Source: Eledone cirrhosa
Lineage: Eukaryota
Assembly: GCA_964016885.1 (NCBI GenBank)
Contig: OZ024741.1
Span: 338,148,001 to 338,212,000 of the forward strand
Length of the DNA: 64,000 nucleotides
Direction of reading: 5' to 3'
Below are positions 48,601 to 63,600 of this stretch, in pieces; the first letter of the stretch is position 1; each line of letters starts with the position of its first letter. Below the pieces are notes generated by a model. The model made no database searches and was not told where the DNA came from. It saw nothing but the letters and a program-made list of their open reading frames with translations. The position numbers and the translations under genes are program-made.

Positions 48601-51600
48601 TCTCCAGTTCTCATGTTTTTGTGACTATGGTCACTCAATGATGTCTCCAGTTCTCATGTCTTTGTGACTATGGTCACTCAATGATATCTCCAGTTCTCAT
48701 GTTTTTGTGACTATGGTCACTCAATGATGTCTCCAGTTCTCATGGTTTTGTGACTATGGTCACTCAATGATGTCTCCAGTTCTCATGTTTTTGTGACTAT
48801 GGTCACTCAATGATGTGTCCAGTTCTCATGTCTTTGTGACTATGGTCACTCAATGATATCTCCAGTTCTCATGTTTTTGTGACTGTGGTCATTCAATGAT
48901 GTCTCCAGTTCTCATGTTTTTGTGACTATGGTGACTCAATGATGTCTCCAGTTCTCATGTCTTTGTGACTATGGTCACTCAATGATGTCTCCAGTTCTCA
49001 TGTCTTTGTGACTATGGTCACTCAATGATGTCTCCAGTTCTCATGTTTTTGTGACTATGGTCACTCAATGATGTCTCCAGTTCTCATGTCTTTGTGACTA
49101 TGGTCACTCAATGATGTGTCCGGTTCTCATGTTTTTGTGACTATGGTCACTCAATGATGTCTCCAGTTCTCATGTCATTGTGACTGTGGTCACTCAATGA
49201 TGTCTCCAGTTCTCATGTCTTTGTGACTATGGTCACTCAATGATGTCTCCAGTTCTCATGTTTTTGTGACTATGGTCACTCAATGATGTCTCCAGTTAAC
49301 ATGTCTTTGTGACTGTGGTCACTCAATGATGTCTCCAGTTCTCATGTTTTTGTGACTGTGGTCATTCAATGATGTCTCCAGTTCTCATGTTTTTGTGACT
49401 ATGGTGACTCAATGATGTCTCCAGTTCTCATGTCTTTGTGACTATGGTCACTCAATGATGTCTCCAGTTCTCATGTCTTTGTGACTATGGTCACTCAATG
49501 ATGTCTCCAGTTCTCATGTTTTTGTGACTATGGTCACTCAATGATGTCTCCAGTTCTCATGTCTTTGTGACTATGGTCACTCAATGATGTCTCCAGTTCT
49601 CATGTTTTTATGGACTATGGTAACTCAATGATGTCTCCAGTTCTCATGTTTTTATGGACTGTGGTCACTCAATGATGTCTCCAGTTCTCATGTCTTTGTG
49701 ACTATGGTCACTCAATGATGCCTCCAATTCTCATGTTTTCGTGACTATGGTCACTCAATGATGTCTCCATTTCTCATGTCTTTGTGACTATGGTCACTCT
49801 ATGATGTCTCCAGTTCTCATGTTTTTGTGACTATGGTCACTCAATGATGTCTCCAGTTCTCATGTCTTTGTGACTATGGTCACTCAATGATGTCTCCAGT
49901 TCTCATGTCTTTGTGACTATGGTCACTCAATGATGTCTCCAGTTCTCATGTTTTTGTGACTATGGTCACTCAATGATGTCTCCAGTTCTCATGTTTTTGT
50001 GACTATGGTCACTCACTGATGTCTGCAGTTCTCATGGTTTTATGGACTATGGTCACTCAATGATGTCTCCAGTTCTCATGTTTTTGTGACTATGGTCACT
50101 CACTGATGTCTCCAGTTCTCATGGTTTTATGGACTATGGTCACTCAATGATGTCTCCAGTTCTCATGTCTTTGTGACTATGGTCACTCAATGATGTCTCC
50201 AGTTCTCATGTTTTTGTGACTAGGGTCACTCAATGATGTCTCCAGTTCTCATGGTTTTATGGACTATGGTCACTCTATGATGTCTCCAGTTCTCATGTTT
50301 TTGTGACTATGGTCACTCAATGATGTCTCCAGTTCTCATATCGTTGTGACTGTGGTCACTCAATGATGTCTCCAGTTCTCATGTCTTTGTGACTATGGTC
50401 ACTCAATGATATCTCCAGTTCTCATGTTTTTGTGACTATGGTCTCTCAATGATGTCTCCAGTTCTCATGTATTTGTGACTGTGGTCACTCAATGATGTCT
50501 CCAGTTCTCATATCTTTGTGACTATGGTCACTCAATGATGTCTCCAATTCTCATGTCTTTGTGACTGTGGTCACTCAATGAAGTCTCCAGTTCTCATGTT
50601 TTTGTGACTGTGGTCATTCAATGATGTCTCCAGTTCTCATGTTTTTGTGACAATGGTCACTCAATGATGTCTCTAGTTCTCATGTCTTTGTGACTATGGT
50701 CACTCAATGATGTCTCCAGTTCTCATGTTTTTATGACTATGGTCACTCAATGATGTCTCCAGTTCTCATATTTTTATGGACTATGGTAACTCAATGATGT
50801 CTCCAGTTCTCATGTTTTTATGGACTATGGTAACTCAATGATGTCTCCAGTTCTCATGTTTTTATGGACTATGGTAACTCAATGATGTCTCCAGTTCTCA
50901 TGTTTTTATGGACTGTGGTCACTCAATGATTTCTCCAGTTCTCATGTTTTTGTGACTATGGTCACTCAATGATGTCTCCAGTTCTCATGTTTTTATGGAC
51001 TATGGTAACTCAATGATGTCTCCAGTTCTCATGTTTTTATGGACTGTGGTCACTCAATGATGTCTCCAGTTCTCATGTCTTTGTGACTATGGTCACTCAA
51101 TGATGTCTCCAGTTCTCATGTCTTTGTGACTATGGTCACTCAATGATGTCTCCAGTTCTCATGTTTTTGTGACTATGGTGACTCAATGATGTCTCCAGTT
51201 CTCATGGTTTTATGGACTATGGTCACTCAATGATGTCTCCAGTTCTCATGTTTTTGTGACTAGGGTCACTCAATGATGTCTCCAGTTCTCATGGTTTTAT
51301 GGACTATGGTCACTCTATGATGTCTCCAGTTCTCATGTTTTTGTGACTATGGTCACTCAATGATGTCTCCAGTTCTCATATCGTTGTGACTGTCGTCACT
51401 CAATGATGTCTCCAGTTCTCATGTCTTTGTGACTATGGTCACTCAATGATATCTCCAGTTCTCATGTTTTTGTGACTATGGTCACTCAATGATGTCTCCA
51501 GTTCTCATGTCTTTGTGACTGTGGTCACTCTATGATGTCTCCAGTTCTCATGTTTTTGTGACTATGGTCACTCAATGATGTCTCCAGTTCTCATATCGTT

Positions 51601-54600
51601 GTGACTGTGGTCATTCAATGATGTCTCCAGTTCTCATGTTTTTGTTGACAATGGTCACTCAATGATGTCTCTAGTTCTCATGTCTTTGTGACTATGGTCA
51701 CTCAATGATGTCTCCAGTTCTCATGTTTTTGTGACTATGGTCACTCAATGATGTCTCCATTTCTCATGTTTTTATGGACTATGGTAACTCAATGATGTCT
51801 CCAGTTCTCATGTTTTTATGGACTGTGGTCACTCAATGATGTCTCCAGTTCTCATGTCTTTGTGACTGTGGTCACTCAATGATGTCTCCAGTTCTCATGT
51901 CTTTGTGACTATGGTCACTCAATGATGCCTCCAATTCTCATGTTTTCGTGACTATGGTCACTCAATGATGTCTCCATTTCTCATGTCTTTGTGACTATGG
52001 TCACTCTATGATGTCTCCAGTTCTCATGTTTTTGTGACTATGGTCACTCAATGATGTCTCCAGTTCTCATGTCTTTGTGACTATGGTCACTCAATGATGT
52101 CTCCAGTTCTCATGTCTTTGTGACTATGGTCACTCAATGATGTCTCCAGTTCTCATGTTTTTGTGACTATGGTCACTCAATGATGTCTCCAGTTCTCATG
52201 TTTTTGTGACTATGGTCACTCACTGATGTCTCCAGTTCTCATGGTTTTATGGACTATGGTCACTCAATGATGTCTCCAGTTCTCATGTTTTTGTGACTAT
52301 GGTCACTCACTGATGTCTCCAGTTCTCATGGTTTTATGGACTATGGTCACTCAATGATGTCTCCAGTTCTCATGTCTTTGTGACTATGGTCACTCAATGA
52401 TGTCTCCAGTTCTCATGTTTTTGTGACTAGGGTCACTCAATGATGTCTCCAGTTCTCATGGTTTTATGGACTATGGTCACTCTATGATGTCTCCAGTTCT
52501 CATGTTTTTGTGACTATGGTCACTCAATGATGTCTCCAGTTCTCATATCGTTGTGACTGTGGTCACTCAATGATGTCTCCAGTTCTCATGTCTTTGTGAC
52601 TATGGTCACTCAATGATATCTCCAGTTCTCATGTTTTTGTGACTATGGTCTCTCAATGATGTCTCCAGTTCTCATGTCTTTGTGACTGTGGTCACTCAAT
52701 GATGTCTCCAGTTCTCATATCTTTGTGACTATGGTCACTCAATGATGTCTCCAATTCTCATGTCTTTGTGACTGTGGTCACTCAATGAAGTCTCCAGTTC
52801 TCATGTTTTTGTGACTGTGGTCATTCAATGATGTCTCCAGTTCTCATGTTTTTGTGACAATGGTCACTCAATGATGTCTCTAGTTCTCATGTCTTTGTGA
52901 CTATGGTCACTCAATGATGTCTCCAGTTCTCATGTTTTTATGACTATGGTCACTCAATGATGTCTCCAGTTCTCATATTTTTATGGACTATGGTAACTCA
53001 ATGATGTCTCCAGTTCTCATGTTTTTATGGACTATGGTAACTCAATGATGTCTCCAGTTCTCATGTTTTTATGGACTATGGTAACTCAATGATGTCTCCA
53101 GTTCTCATGTTTTTATGGACTGTGGTCACTCAATGATTTCTCCAGTTCTCATGTTTTTGTGACTATGGTCACTCAATGATGTCTCCAGTTCTCATGTTTT
53201 TATGGACTATGGTAACTCAATGATGTCTCCAGTTCTCATGTTTTTATGGACTGTGGTCACTCAATGATGTCTCCAGTTCTCATGTCTTTGTGACTATGGT
53301 CACTCAATGATGTCTCCAGTTCTCATGTCTTTGTGACTATGGTCACTCAATGATGTCTCCAGTTCTCATGTTTTTGTGACTATGGTGACTCAATGATGTC
53401 TCCAGTTCTCATGGTTTTATGGACTATGGTCACTCAATGATGTCTCCAGTTCTCATGTTTTTGTGACTAGGGTCACTCAATGATGTCTCCAGTTCTCATG
53501 GTTTTATGGACTATGGTCACTCTATGATGTCTCCAGTTCTCATGTTTTTGTGACTATGGTCACTCAATGATGTCTCCAGTTCTCATATCGTTGTGACTGT
53601 CGTCACTCAATGATGTCTCCAGTTCTCATGTCTTTGTGACTATGGTCACTCAATGATATCTCCAGTTCTCATGTTTTTGTGACTATGGTCACTCAATGAT
53701 GTCTCCACTTCTCATGTCTTTGTGACTGTGGTCACTCTATGATGTCTCCAGTTCTCATGTTTTTGTGACTATGGTCACTCAATGATGTCTCCAGTTCTCA
53801 TATCGTTGTGACTGTGGTCATTCAATGATGTCTCCAGTTCTCATGTTTTTGTTGACAATGGTCACTCAATGATGTCTCTAGTTCTCATGTCTTTGTGACT
53901 ATGGTCACTCAATGATGTCTCCAGTTCTCATGTTTTTGTGACTATGGTCACTCAATGATGTCTCCATTTCTCATGTTTTTATGGACTATGGTAACTCAAT
54001 GATGTCTCCAGTTCTCATGTTTTTATGGACTGTGGTCACTCAATGATGTCTCCAGTTCTCATGTCTTTGTGACTATGGTCACTCAATGATGTCTCCAGTT
54101 CTCATGTTTTTGTGACTATGGTCACTCAATGATGTCTCCAGTTCTCATGGTTTTGTGGCTATGGTCTCTCAATGATGTCTCCAGTTCTCATGTCGTTGTG
54201 ACTGTGGTCAGTCAATGATGTCTCCAGTTCTCATGTTTTTGTGACTATGGTCACTCAATGATGTCTCCAGTTCTCATGTCTTTGTGACTATGGTCACTCA
54301 ATGATATCTCCAGTTCTCATGTTTTTGTGACTATGGTCACTCAATGATGTCTCCAGTTCTCATGTCTTTGTGACTATGGTCACTCAATGATGTGTCCGGT
54401 TCTCATGTTTTTGTGACTATGTTCACTCAATCATGTCTCCAGTTCTCATGTCATTGTGACTGTGGTCACTCAATGATGTCTCCAGTTCTCATGTCTTTGT
54501 GACTATGGTCACTCAATGATGTCTCCAGTTCTCATGTTTTTGTGACTATGGTCACTCAATGATATCTCCAGTTAACATGTCTTTGTGACTGTGGTCACTC

Positions 54601-57600
54601 AATGATGTCTCCAGTTCTCATGTTTTTGTGACTGTGGTCATTCAATGATGTCTCCAGTTCTCATGTTTTTGTGACTATGGTGACTCAATGATGTCTCCAG
54701 TTCTCATGTCTTTGTGACTATGGTCACTCAATGATGTCTCCAGTTCTCATGTCTTTGTGACTATGGTCACTCAATGATGTCTCCAGTTCTCATGTTTTTG
54801 TGACTATGGTCACTCAATGATGTCTCCAGTTCTCATGTCTTTGTGACTATGGTCACTCAATGATGTCTCCAGTTCTCATGTTTTTATGGACTATGGTAAC
54901 TCAATGATGTCTCCAGTTCTCATGTTTTTATGGACTGTGGTCACTCAATGATGTCTCCAGTTCTCATGTCTTTGTGACTATGGTCACTCAATGATGCCTC
55001 CAGTTCTCATGTTTTTGTGACTATGGTCACTCAATGATGTCTCCATTTCTCATGTCTTTGTGACTATGGTCACTCTATGATGTCTCCAGTTCTCATGTTT
55101 TTGTGACTATGGTCACTCAATGATGTCTCCAGTTCTCATGTCTTTGTGACTATGGTCACTCAATGATGTCTCCAGTTCTCATGTCTTTGTGACTATGGTC
55201 ACTCAATGATGTCTCCAGTTCTCATGTCTTTGTGACTATGGTCACTCAATGATGTCTCCAGTTCTCATGTTTTTGTGACTATGGTCACTCAATGATGTCT
55301 CCAGTTCTCATGTCTTTGTGTCTATGGTCACTCACTGATGTCTCCAGTTCTCATGGTTTTATGGACTATGGTCACTCAATGATGTCTCCAGTTCTCATGT
55401 CTTTGTGACTATGGTCACTCAATGATGTCTCCAGTTCTCATGTTTTTGTGACTATGGTGACTCAATGATGTCACCAGTACTCATGGTTTTATGGACTATG
55501 GTCACTCAATGATGTCTCCAGTTCTCATGTTTTTGTGACTAGGGTCACTCAATGATGTCTCCAGTTCTCATGGTTTTATGGACTATGGTCACTCTATGAT
55601 GTCTCCAGTTCTCATGTTTTTGTGACTATGGTCACTCAATGATGTCTCCAGTTCTCATATCGTTGTGACTGTGGTCACTCAATGATGTCTCCAGTTCTCA
55701 TGTTTTTGTGACTATGGTCACTCAATGATGTCTCCAGTTCTCATGTTTTTGTGACTATGGTCACTCAATGATGTCTCCAGTTCTCATGTCTTTGTGACTA
55801 TGGTCACTCAATGATATCTCCAGTTCTCATGTTTTTGTGACTATGGTCACTCAATGATGTCTCCAGTTCTCATGTCTTTGTGACTGTGGTCACTCAATGA
55901 TGTCTCCAGTTCTCATGTTTTTGTGACTATGGTCACTCAATGATGTCTCCAGTTCTCATGTCTTTGTGACTATGGTCACTCAATGATATCTCCAGTTCTC
56001 ATGTTTTTGTGACTATGGTCACTCAATGATGTCTCCAGTTCTCATGTCTTTGTGACTGTGGTCACTCAATGATGTCTCCAGTTCTCATGTCTTTGTGACT
56101 GTGGTCACTCAATGAAGTCTCCAGTTCTCATGTTTTTGTGACTGTGGTCATTCAATGATGTCTCCAGTTCTCATGTTTTTGTGACAATGGTCACTCAATG
56201 ATGTCTCTAGTTCTCATGTCTTTGTGACTATGGTCACTCAATGATGTCTCCAGTTCTCATGTTTTTGTGACTATGGTCACTCAATGATGTCTCCAGTTCT
56301 CATGTTTTTATGGACTGTGGTCACTCAATGATTTCTCCAGTTCTCATGTTTTTGTGACTATGGTCACTCAATGATGTCTCCAGTTCTCATGTTTTTATGG
56401 ACTATGGTAACTCAATGATGTCTCCAGTTCTCATGTTTTTATGGACTGTGGTCACTCAATGATGTCTCCAGTTCTCATGTCTTTGTGACTATGGTCACTC
56501 AATGATGTCTCCAGTTCTTATGTTTTTATGGACTATGGTAACTCAATGATGTCTCCAGTTCTCATGTTTTTATGGACTGTGGTCACTCAATGATTTCTCC
56601 AGTTCTCATGTTTTTGTGACTATGGTCACTCAATGATGTCTCCAGTTCTCATGTTTTTATGGACTATGGTAACTCAATGATGTCTCCAGTTCTCATGTTT
56701 TTATGGACTGTGGTCACTCAATGATGTCTCCAGTTCTCATGTCTTTGTGACTATGGTCACTCAATGATGTCTCCAGTTCTCATGTCTTTGTGACTATGGT
56801 CACTCAATGATGTCTCCAGTTCTCATGTTTTTGTGACTATGGTGACTCAATGATGTCTCCAGTTCTCATGGTTTTATGGACTATGGTCACTCAATGATGT
56901 CTCCAGTTCTCATGTTTTTGTGACTAGGGTCACTCAATGATGTCTCCAGTTCTCATGGTTTTATGGACTATGGTCACTCTATGATGTCTCCAGTTCTCAT
57001 GTTTTTGTGACTATGGTCACTCAATGATGTCTCCTGTTCTCATATCGTTGTGACTGTGGTCACTCAATGATGTCTCCAGTTCTCATGTCTTTGTGACTAT
57101 GGTCACTCAATGATATCTCCAGTTCTCATGTTTTTGTGACTATGGTCACTCAATGATGTCTCCAGTTCTCATGTCTTTGTGACTGTGGTCACTCTATGAT
57201 GTCTCCAGTTCTCATGTTTTTGTGACTATGGTCACTCAATGATGTCTCCAGTTCTCATATCGTTGTGACTGTGGTCATTCAATGATGTCTCCAGTTCTCA
57301 TGTTTTTGTTGACAATGGTCACTCAATGATGTCTCTAGTTCTCATGTCTTTGTGACTATGGTCACTCAATGATGTCTCCAGTTCTCATGTTTTTGTGACT
57401 ATGGTCACTCAATGATGTCTCCAGTTCTCATGTTTTTATGGACTATGGTAACTCAATGATGTCTCCAGTTCTCATGTTTTTATGGACTGTGGTCACTCAA
57501 TGATGTCTCCAGTTCTCATGTCTTTGTGACTATGGTCACTCAATAACGTCTCCAGTTCTCATGTTTTTGTGACTATGGTCACTCAATGATGTCTCCAGTT

Positions 57601-60600
57601 CTCATGGTTTTGTGGCTATGGTCTCTCAATTATGTCTCCAGTTCTCATGTCGTTGTGACTGTGGTCAGTCAATGATGTCTCCAGTTCTCATGTTTTTTGT
57701 GACTATGGTCACTCAATGATGTCTCCAGTTCTCATATCTTTGTGACTATGGTCACTCAATGATATCTCCAGTTCTCATGTTTTTGTGACTATGGTCACTC
57801 AATGATGTCTCCAGTTCTCATGGTTTTGTGACTATGGTCACTCAATGATGTCTCCAGTTCTCATGTTTTTGTGACTATGGTCACTCAATGATGTGTCCAG
57901 TTCTCATGTCTTTGTGACTATGGTCACTCAATGATATCTCCAGTTCTCATGTTTTTGTGACTATGGTCACTCAATGATGTCTCCAGTTCTCATGTCTTTG
58001 TGACTATGGTCACTCAATGATGTGTCCGGTTCTCATGTTTTTGTGACTATGTTCACTCAATCATGTCTCCAGTTCTCATGTCATTGTGACTGTGGTCACT
58101 CAATGATGTCTCCAGTTCTCATGTCTTTGTGACTATGGTCACTCAATGATGTCTCCAGTTCTCATGTTTTTGTGACTATGGTCACTCAATGATGTCTCCA
58201 GTTAACATGTCTTTGTGACTGTGGTCACTCAATGATGTCTCCAGTTCTCATGTTTTTGTGACTGTGGTCATTCAATGATGTCTCCAGTTCTCATGTTTTT
58301 GTGACTATGGTGACTCAATGATGTCTCCAGTTCTCATGTCTTTGTGACTATGGTCACTCAATGATGTCTCCAGTTCTCATGTCTTTGTGACTATGGTCAC
58401 TCAATGATGTCTCCAGTTCTCATGTTTTTGTGACTATGGTCACTCAATGATGTCTCCAGTTCTCATGTCTTTGTGACTATGGTCACTCAATGATGTCTCC
58501 AGTTCTCATGTTTTTATGGACTATGGTAACTCAATGATGTCTCCAGTTCTCATGTTTTTATGGACTGTGGTCACTCAATGATGTCTCCAGTTCTCATGTC
58601 TTTGTGACTATGGTCACTCAATGATGCCTCCAGTTCTCATGTTTTTGTGACTATGGTCACTCAATGATGTCTCCATTTCTCATGTCTTTGTGACTATGGT
58701 CACTCTATGATGTCTCCAGTTCTCATGTTTTTGTGACTATGGTCACTCAATGATGTCTCCAGTTCTCATGTCTTTGTGACTATGGTCACTCAATGATGTC
58801 TCCAGTTCTCATGTCTTTGTGACTATGGTCACTCAATGATGTCTCCAGTTCTCATGTCTTTGTGACTATGGTCACTCAATGATGTCTCCAGTTCTCATGT
58901 TTTTGTGACTATGGTAACTCAATGATGTCTCCAGTTCTCATGTTTTTATGGACTGTGGTCACTCAATGATGTCTCCAGTTCTCATGTCTTTGTGACTATG
59001 GTCACTCAATGATGTCTCCAGTTCTCATGTCTTTGTGACTATGGTCACTCAATGATGTCTCCAGTTCTCATGTTTTTGTGACTATGGTGACTCAATGATG
59101 TCTCCAGTTCTCATGGTTTATGGACTATGGTCACTCAATGATGTCTCCAGTTCTCATGTTTTTGTGACTAGGGTCACTCAATGATGTCTCCAGTTCTCAT
59201 GGTTTTATGGACTATGGTCACTCTATGATGTCTCCAGTTCTCATGTTTTTGTGACTATGGTCACTCAATGATGTCTCCAGTTCTCATATCGTTGTGACTG
59301 TGGTCACTCAATGATGTCTCCAGTTCTCATGTCTTTGTGACTATGGTCACTCAATGATATCTCCAGTTCTCATGTTTTTGTGACTATGGTCACTCAATGA
59401 TGTCTCCAGTTCTCATGTCTTTGTGACTGTGGTCACTCTATGATGTCTCCAGTTCTCATGTTTTTGTGACTATGGTCACTCAATGATGTCTCCAGTTCTC
59501 ATATCGTTGTGACTGTGGTCATTCAATGATGTCTCCAGTTCTCATGTTTTTGTTGACAATGGTCACTCAATGATGTCTCTAGTTCTCATGTCTTTGTGAC
59601 TATGGTCACTCAATGATGTCTCCAGTTCTCATGTTTTTGTGACTATGGTCACTCAATGATGTCTCCAGTTCTCATGTTTTTATGGACTATGGTAACTCAA
59701 TGATGTCTCCAGTTCTCATGTTTTTATGGACTGTGGTCACTCAATGATGTCTCCAGTTCTCATGTCTTTGTGACTATGGTCACTCAATGATGTCTCCAGT
59801 TCTCATGTTTTTGTGACTATGGTCACTCAATGATGTCTCCAGTTCTCATGGTTTTGTGGCTATGGTCTCTCAATTATGTCTCCAGTTCTCATGTCGTTGT
59901 GACTGTGGTCAGTCAATGATGTCTCCAGTTCTCATGTTTTTTGTGACTATGGTCACTCAATGATGTCTCCAGTTCTCATGTCTTTGTGACTATGGTCACT
60001 CAATGATATCTCCAGTTCTCATGTTTTTGTGACTATGGTCACTCAATGATGTCTCCAGTTAACATGTCTTTGTGACTGTGGTCACTCAATGATGTCTCCA
60101 GTTCTCATGTTTTTGTGACTGTGGTCATTCAATGATGTCTCCAGTTCTCATGTTTTTGTGACTATGGTGACTCAATGATGTCTCCAGTTCTCATGTCTTT
60201 GTGACTATGGTCACTCAATGATGTCTCCAGTTCTCATGTCTTTGTGACTATGGTCACTCAATGATGTCTCCAGTTCTCATGTTTTTGTGACTATGGTCAC
60301 TCAATGATGTCTCCAGTTCTCATGTCTTTGTGACTATGGTCACTCAATGATGTCTCCAGTTCTCATGTTTTTATGGACTATGGTAACTCAATGATGTCTC
60401 CAGTTCTCATGTTTTTATGGACTGTGGTCACTCAATGATGTCTCCAGTTCTCATGTCTTTGTGACTATGGTCACTCAATGATGCCTCCAGTTCTCATGTT
60501 TTTGTGACTATGGTCACTCAATGATGTCTCCATTTCTCATGTCTTTGTGACTATGGTCACTCTATGATGTCTCCAGTTCTCATGTTTTTGTGACTATGGT

Positions 60601-63600
60601 CACTCAATGATGTCTCCAGTTCTCATGTCTTTGTGACTATGGTCACTCAATGATGTCTCCAGTTCTCATGTCTTTGTGACTATGGTCACTCAATGATGTC
60701 TCCAGTTCTCATGTCTTTGTGACTATGGTCACTCAATGATGTCTCCAGTTCTCATGTTTTTGTGACTATGGCAACTCAATGATGTCTCCAGTTCTCATGT
60801 TTTTATGGACTGTGGTCACTCAATGATGTCTCCAGTTCTCATGTCTTTGTGACTATGGTCACTCAATGATGTCTCCAGTTCTCATGTCTTTGTGACTATG
60901 GTCACTCAATGATGTCTCCAGTTCTCATGTTTTTGTGACTATGGTGACTCAATGATGTCTCCAATTCTCATGGTTTATGGACTATGGTCACTCAATGATG
61001 TCTCCAGTTCTCATGTTTTTGTGACTAGGGTCACTCAATGATGTCTCCAGTTCTCATGGTTTTATGGACTATGGTCACTCTATGATGTCTCCAGTTCTCA
61101 TGTTTTTGTGACTATGGTCACTCAATGATGTCTCCAGTTCTCATATCGTTGTGACTGTGGTCACTCAATGATGTCTCCAGTTCTCATGTCTTTGTGACTA
61201 TGGTCACTCAATGATGTGTCCAGTTCTCATGTCTTTGTGACTATGGTCACTCAATGATATCTCCAGTTCTCATGTTTTTGTGACTATGGTCACTCAATGA
61301 TGTCTCCAGTTCTCATGTCTTTGTGACTATGGTCACTCAATGATGTGTCCGGTTCTCATGTTTTTGTGACTATGTTCACTCAATCATGTCTCCAGTTCTC
61401 ATGTCATTGTGACTGTGGTCACTCAATGATGTCTCCAGTTCTCATGTCTTTGTGACTATGGTCACTCAATGATGTCTCCAGTTCTCATGTTTTTGTGACT
61501 ATGGTCACTCAATGATGTCTCCAGTTAACATGTCTTTGTGACTGTGGTCACTCAATGATGTCTCCAGTTCTCATGTTTTTGTGACTGTGGTCATTCAATG
61601 ATGTCTCCAGTTCTCATGTTTTTGTGACTATGGTGACTCAATGATGTCTCCAGTTCTCATGTCTTTGTGACTATGGTCACTCAATGATGTCTCCAGTTCT
61701 CATGTCTTTGTGACTATGGTCACTCAATGATGTCTCCAGTTCTCATGTTTTTGTGACTATGGTCACTCAATGATGTCTCCAGTTCTCATGTCTTTGTGAC
61801 TATGGTCACTCAATGATGTCTCCAGTTCTCATGTTTTTATGGACTATGGTAACTCAATGATGTCTCCAGTTCTCATGTTTTTATGGACTGTGGTCACTCA
61901 ATGATGTCTCCAGTTCTCATGTCTTTGTGACTATGGTCACTCAATGATGCCTCCAGTTCTCATGTTTTTGTGACTATGGTCACTCAATGATGTCTCCATT
62001 TCTCATGTCTTTGTGACTATGGTCACTCTATGATGTCTCCAGTTCTCATGTTTTTGTGACTATGGTCACTCAATGATGTCTCCAGTTCTCATGTCTTTGT
62101 GACTATGGTCACTCAATGATGTCTCCAGTTCTCATGTCTTTGTGACTATGGTCACTCAATGATGTCTCCAGTTCTCATGTCTTTGTGACTATGGTCACTC
62201 AATGATGTCTCCAGTTCTCATGTTTTTGTGACTATGGTAACTCAATGATGTCTCCAGTTCTCATGTTTTTATGGACTGTGGTCACTCAATGATGTCTCCA
62301 GTTCTCATGTCTTTGTGACTATGGTCACTCAATGATGTCTCCAGTTCTCATGTCTTTGTGACTATGGTCACTCAATGATGTCTCCAGTTCTCATGTTTTT
62401 GTGACTATGGTGACTCAATGATGTCTCCAGTTCTCATGGTTTATGGACTATGGTCACTCAATGATGTCTCCAGTTCTCATGTTTTTGTGACTAGGGTCAC
62501 TCAATGATGTCTCCAGTTCTCATGGTTTTATGGACTATGGTCACTCTATGATGTCTCCAGTTCTCATGTTTTTGTGACTATGGTCACTCAATGATGTCTC
62601 CAGTTCTCATATCGTTGTGACTGTGGTCACTCAATGATGTCTCCAGTTCTCATGTCTTTGTGACTATGGTCACTCAATGATATCTCCAGTTCTCATGTTT
62701 TTGTGACTATGGTCACTCAATGATGTCTCCAGTTCTCATGTCTTTGTGACTGTGGTCACTCTATGATGTCTCCAGTTCTCATGTTTTTGTGACTATGGTC
62801 ACTCAATGATGTCTCCAGTTCTCATATCGTTGTGACTGTGGTCATTCAATGATGTCTCCAGTTCTCATGTTTTTGTTGACAATGGTCACTCAATGATGTC
62901 TCTAGTTCTCATGTCTTTGTGACTATGGTCACTCAATGATGTCTCCAGTTCTCATGTTTTTGTGACTATGGTCACTCAATGATGTCTCCAGTTCTCATGT
63001 TTTTATGGACTATGGTAACTCAATGATGTCTCCAGTTCTCATGTTTTTATGGACTGTGGTCACTCAATGATGTCTCCAGTTCTCATGTCTTTGTGACTAT
63101 GGTCACTCAATGATGTCTCCAGTTCTCATGTTTTTGTGACTATGGTCACTCAATGATGTCTCCAGTTCTCATGGTTTTGTGGCTATGGTCTCTCAATTAT
63201 GTCTCCAGTTCTCATGTCGTTGTGACTGTGGTCAGTCAATGATGTCTCCAGTTCTCATGTTTTTTGTGACTATGGTCACTCAATGATGTCTCCAGTTCTC
63301 ATGTCTTTGTGACTATGGTCACTCAATGATATCTCCAGTTCTCATGTTTTTGTGACTATGGTCACTCAATGATGTCTCCAGTTAACATGTCTTTGTGACT
63401 GTGGTCACTCAATGATGTCTCCAGTTCTCATGTTTTTGTGACTGTGGTCATTCAATGATGTCTCCAGTTCTCATGTTTTTGTGACTATGGTGACTCAATG
63501 ATGTCTCCAGTTCTCATGTCTTTGTGACTATGGTCACTCAATGATGTCTCCAGTTCTCATGTCTTTGTGACTATGGTCACTCAATGATGTCTCCAGTTCT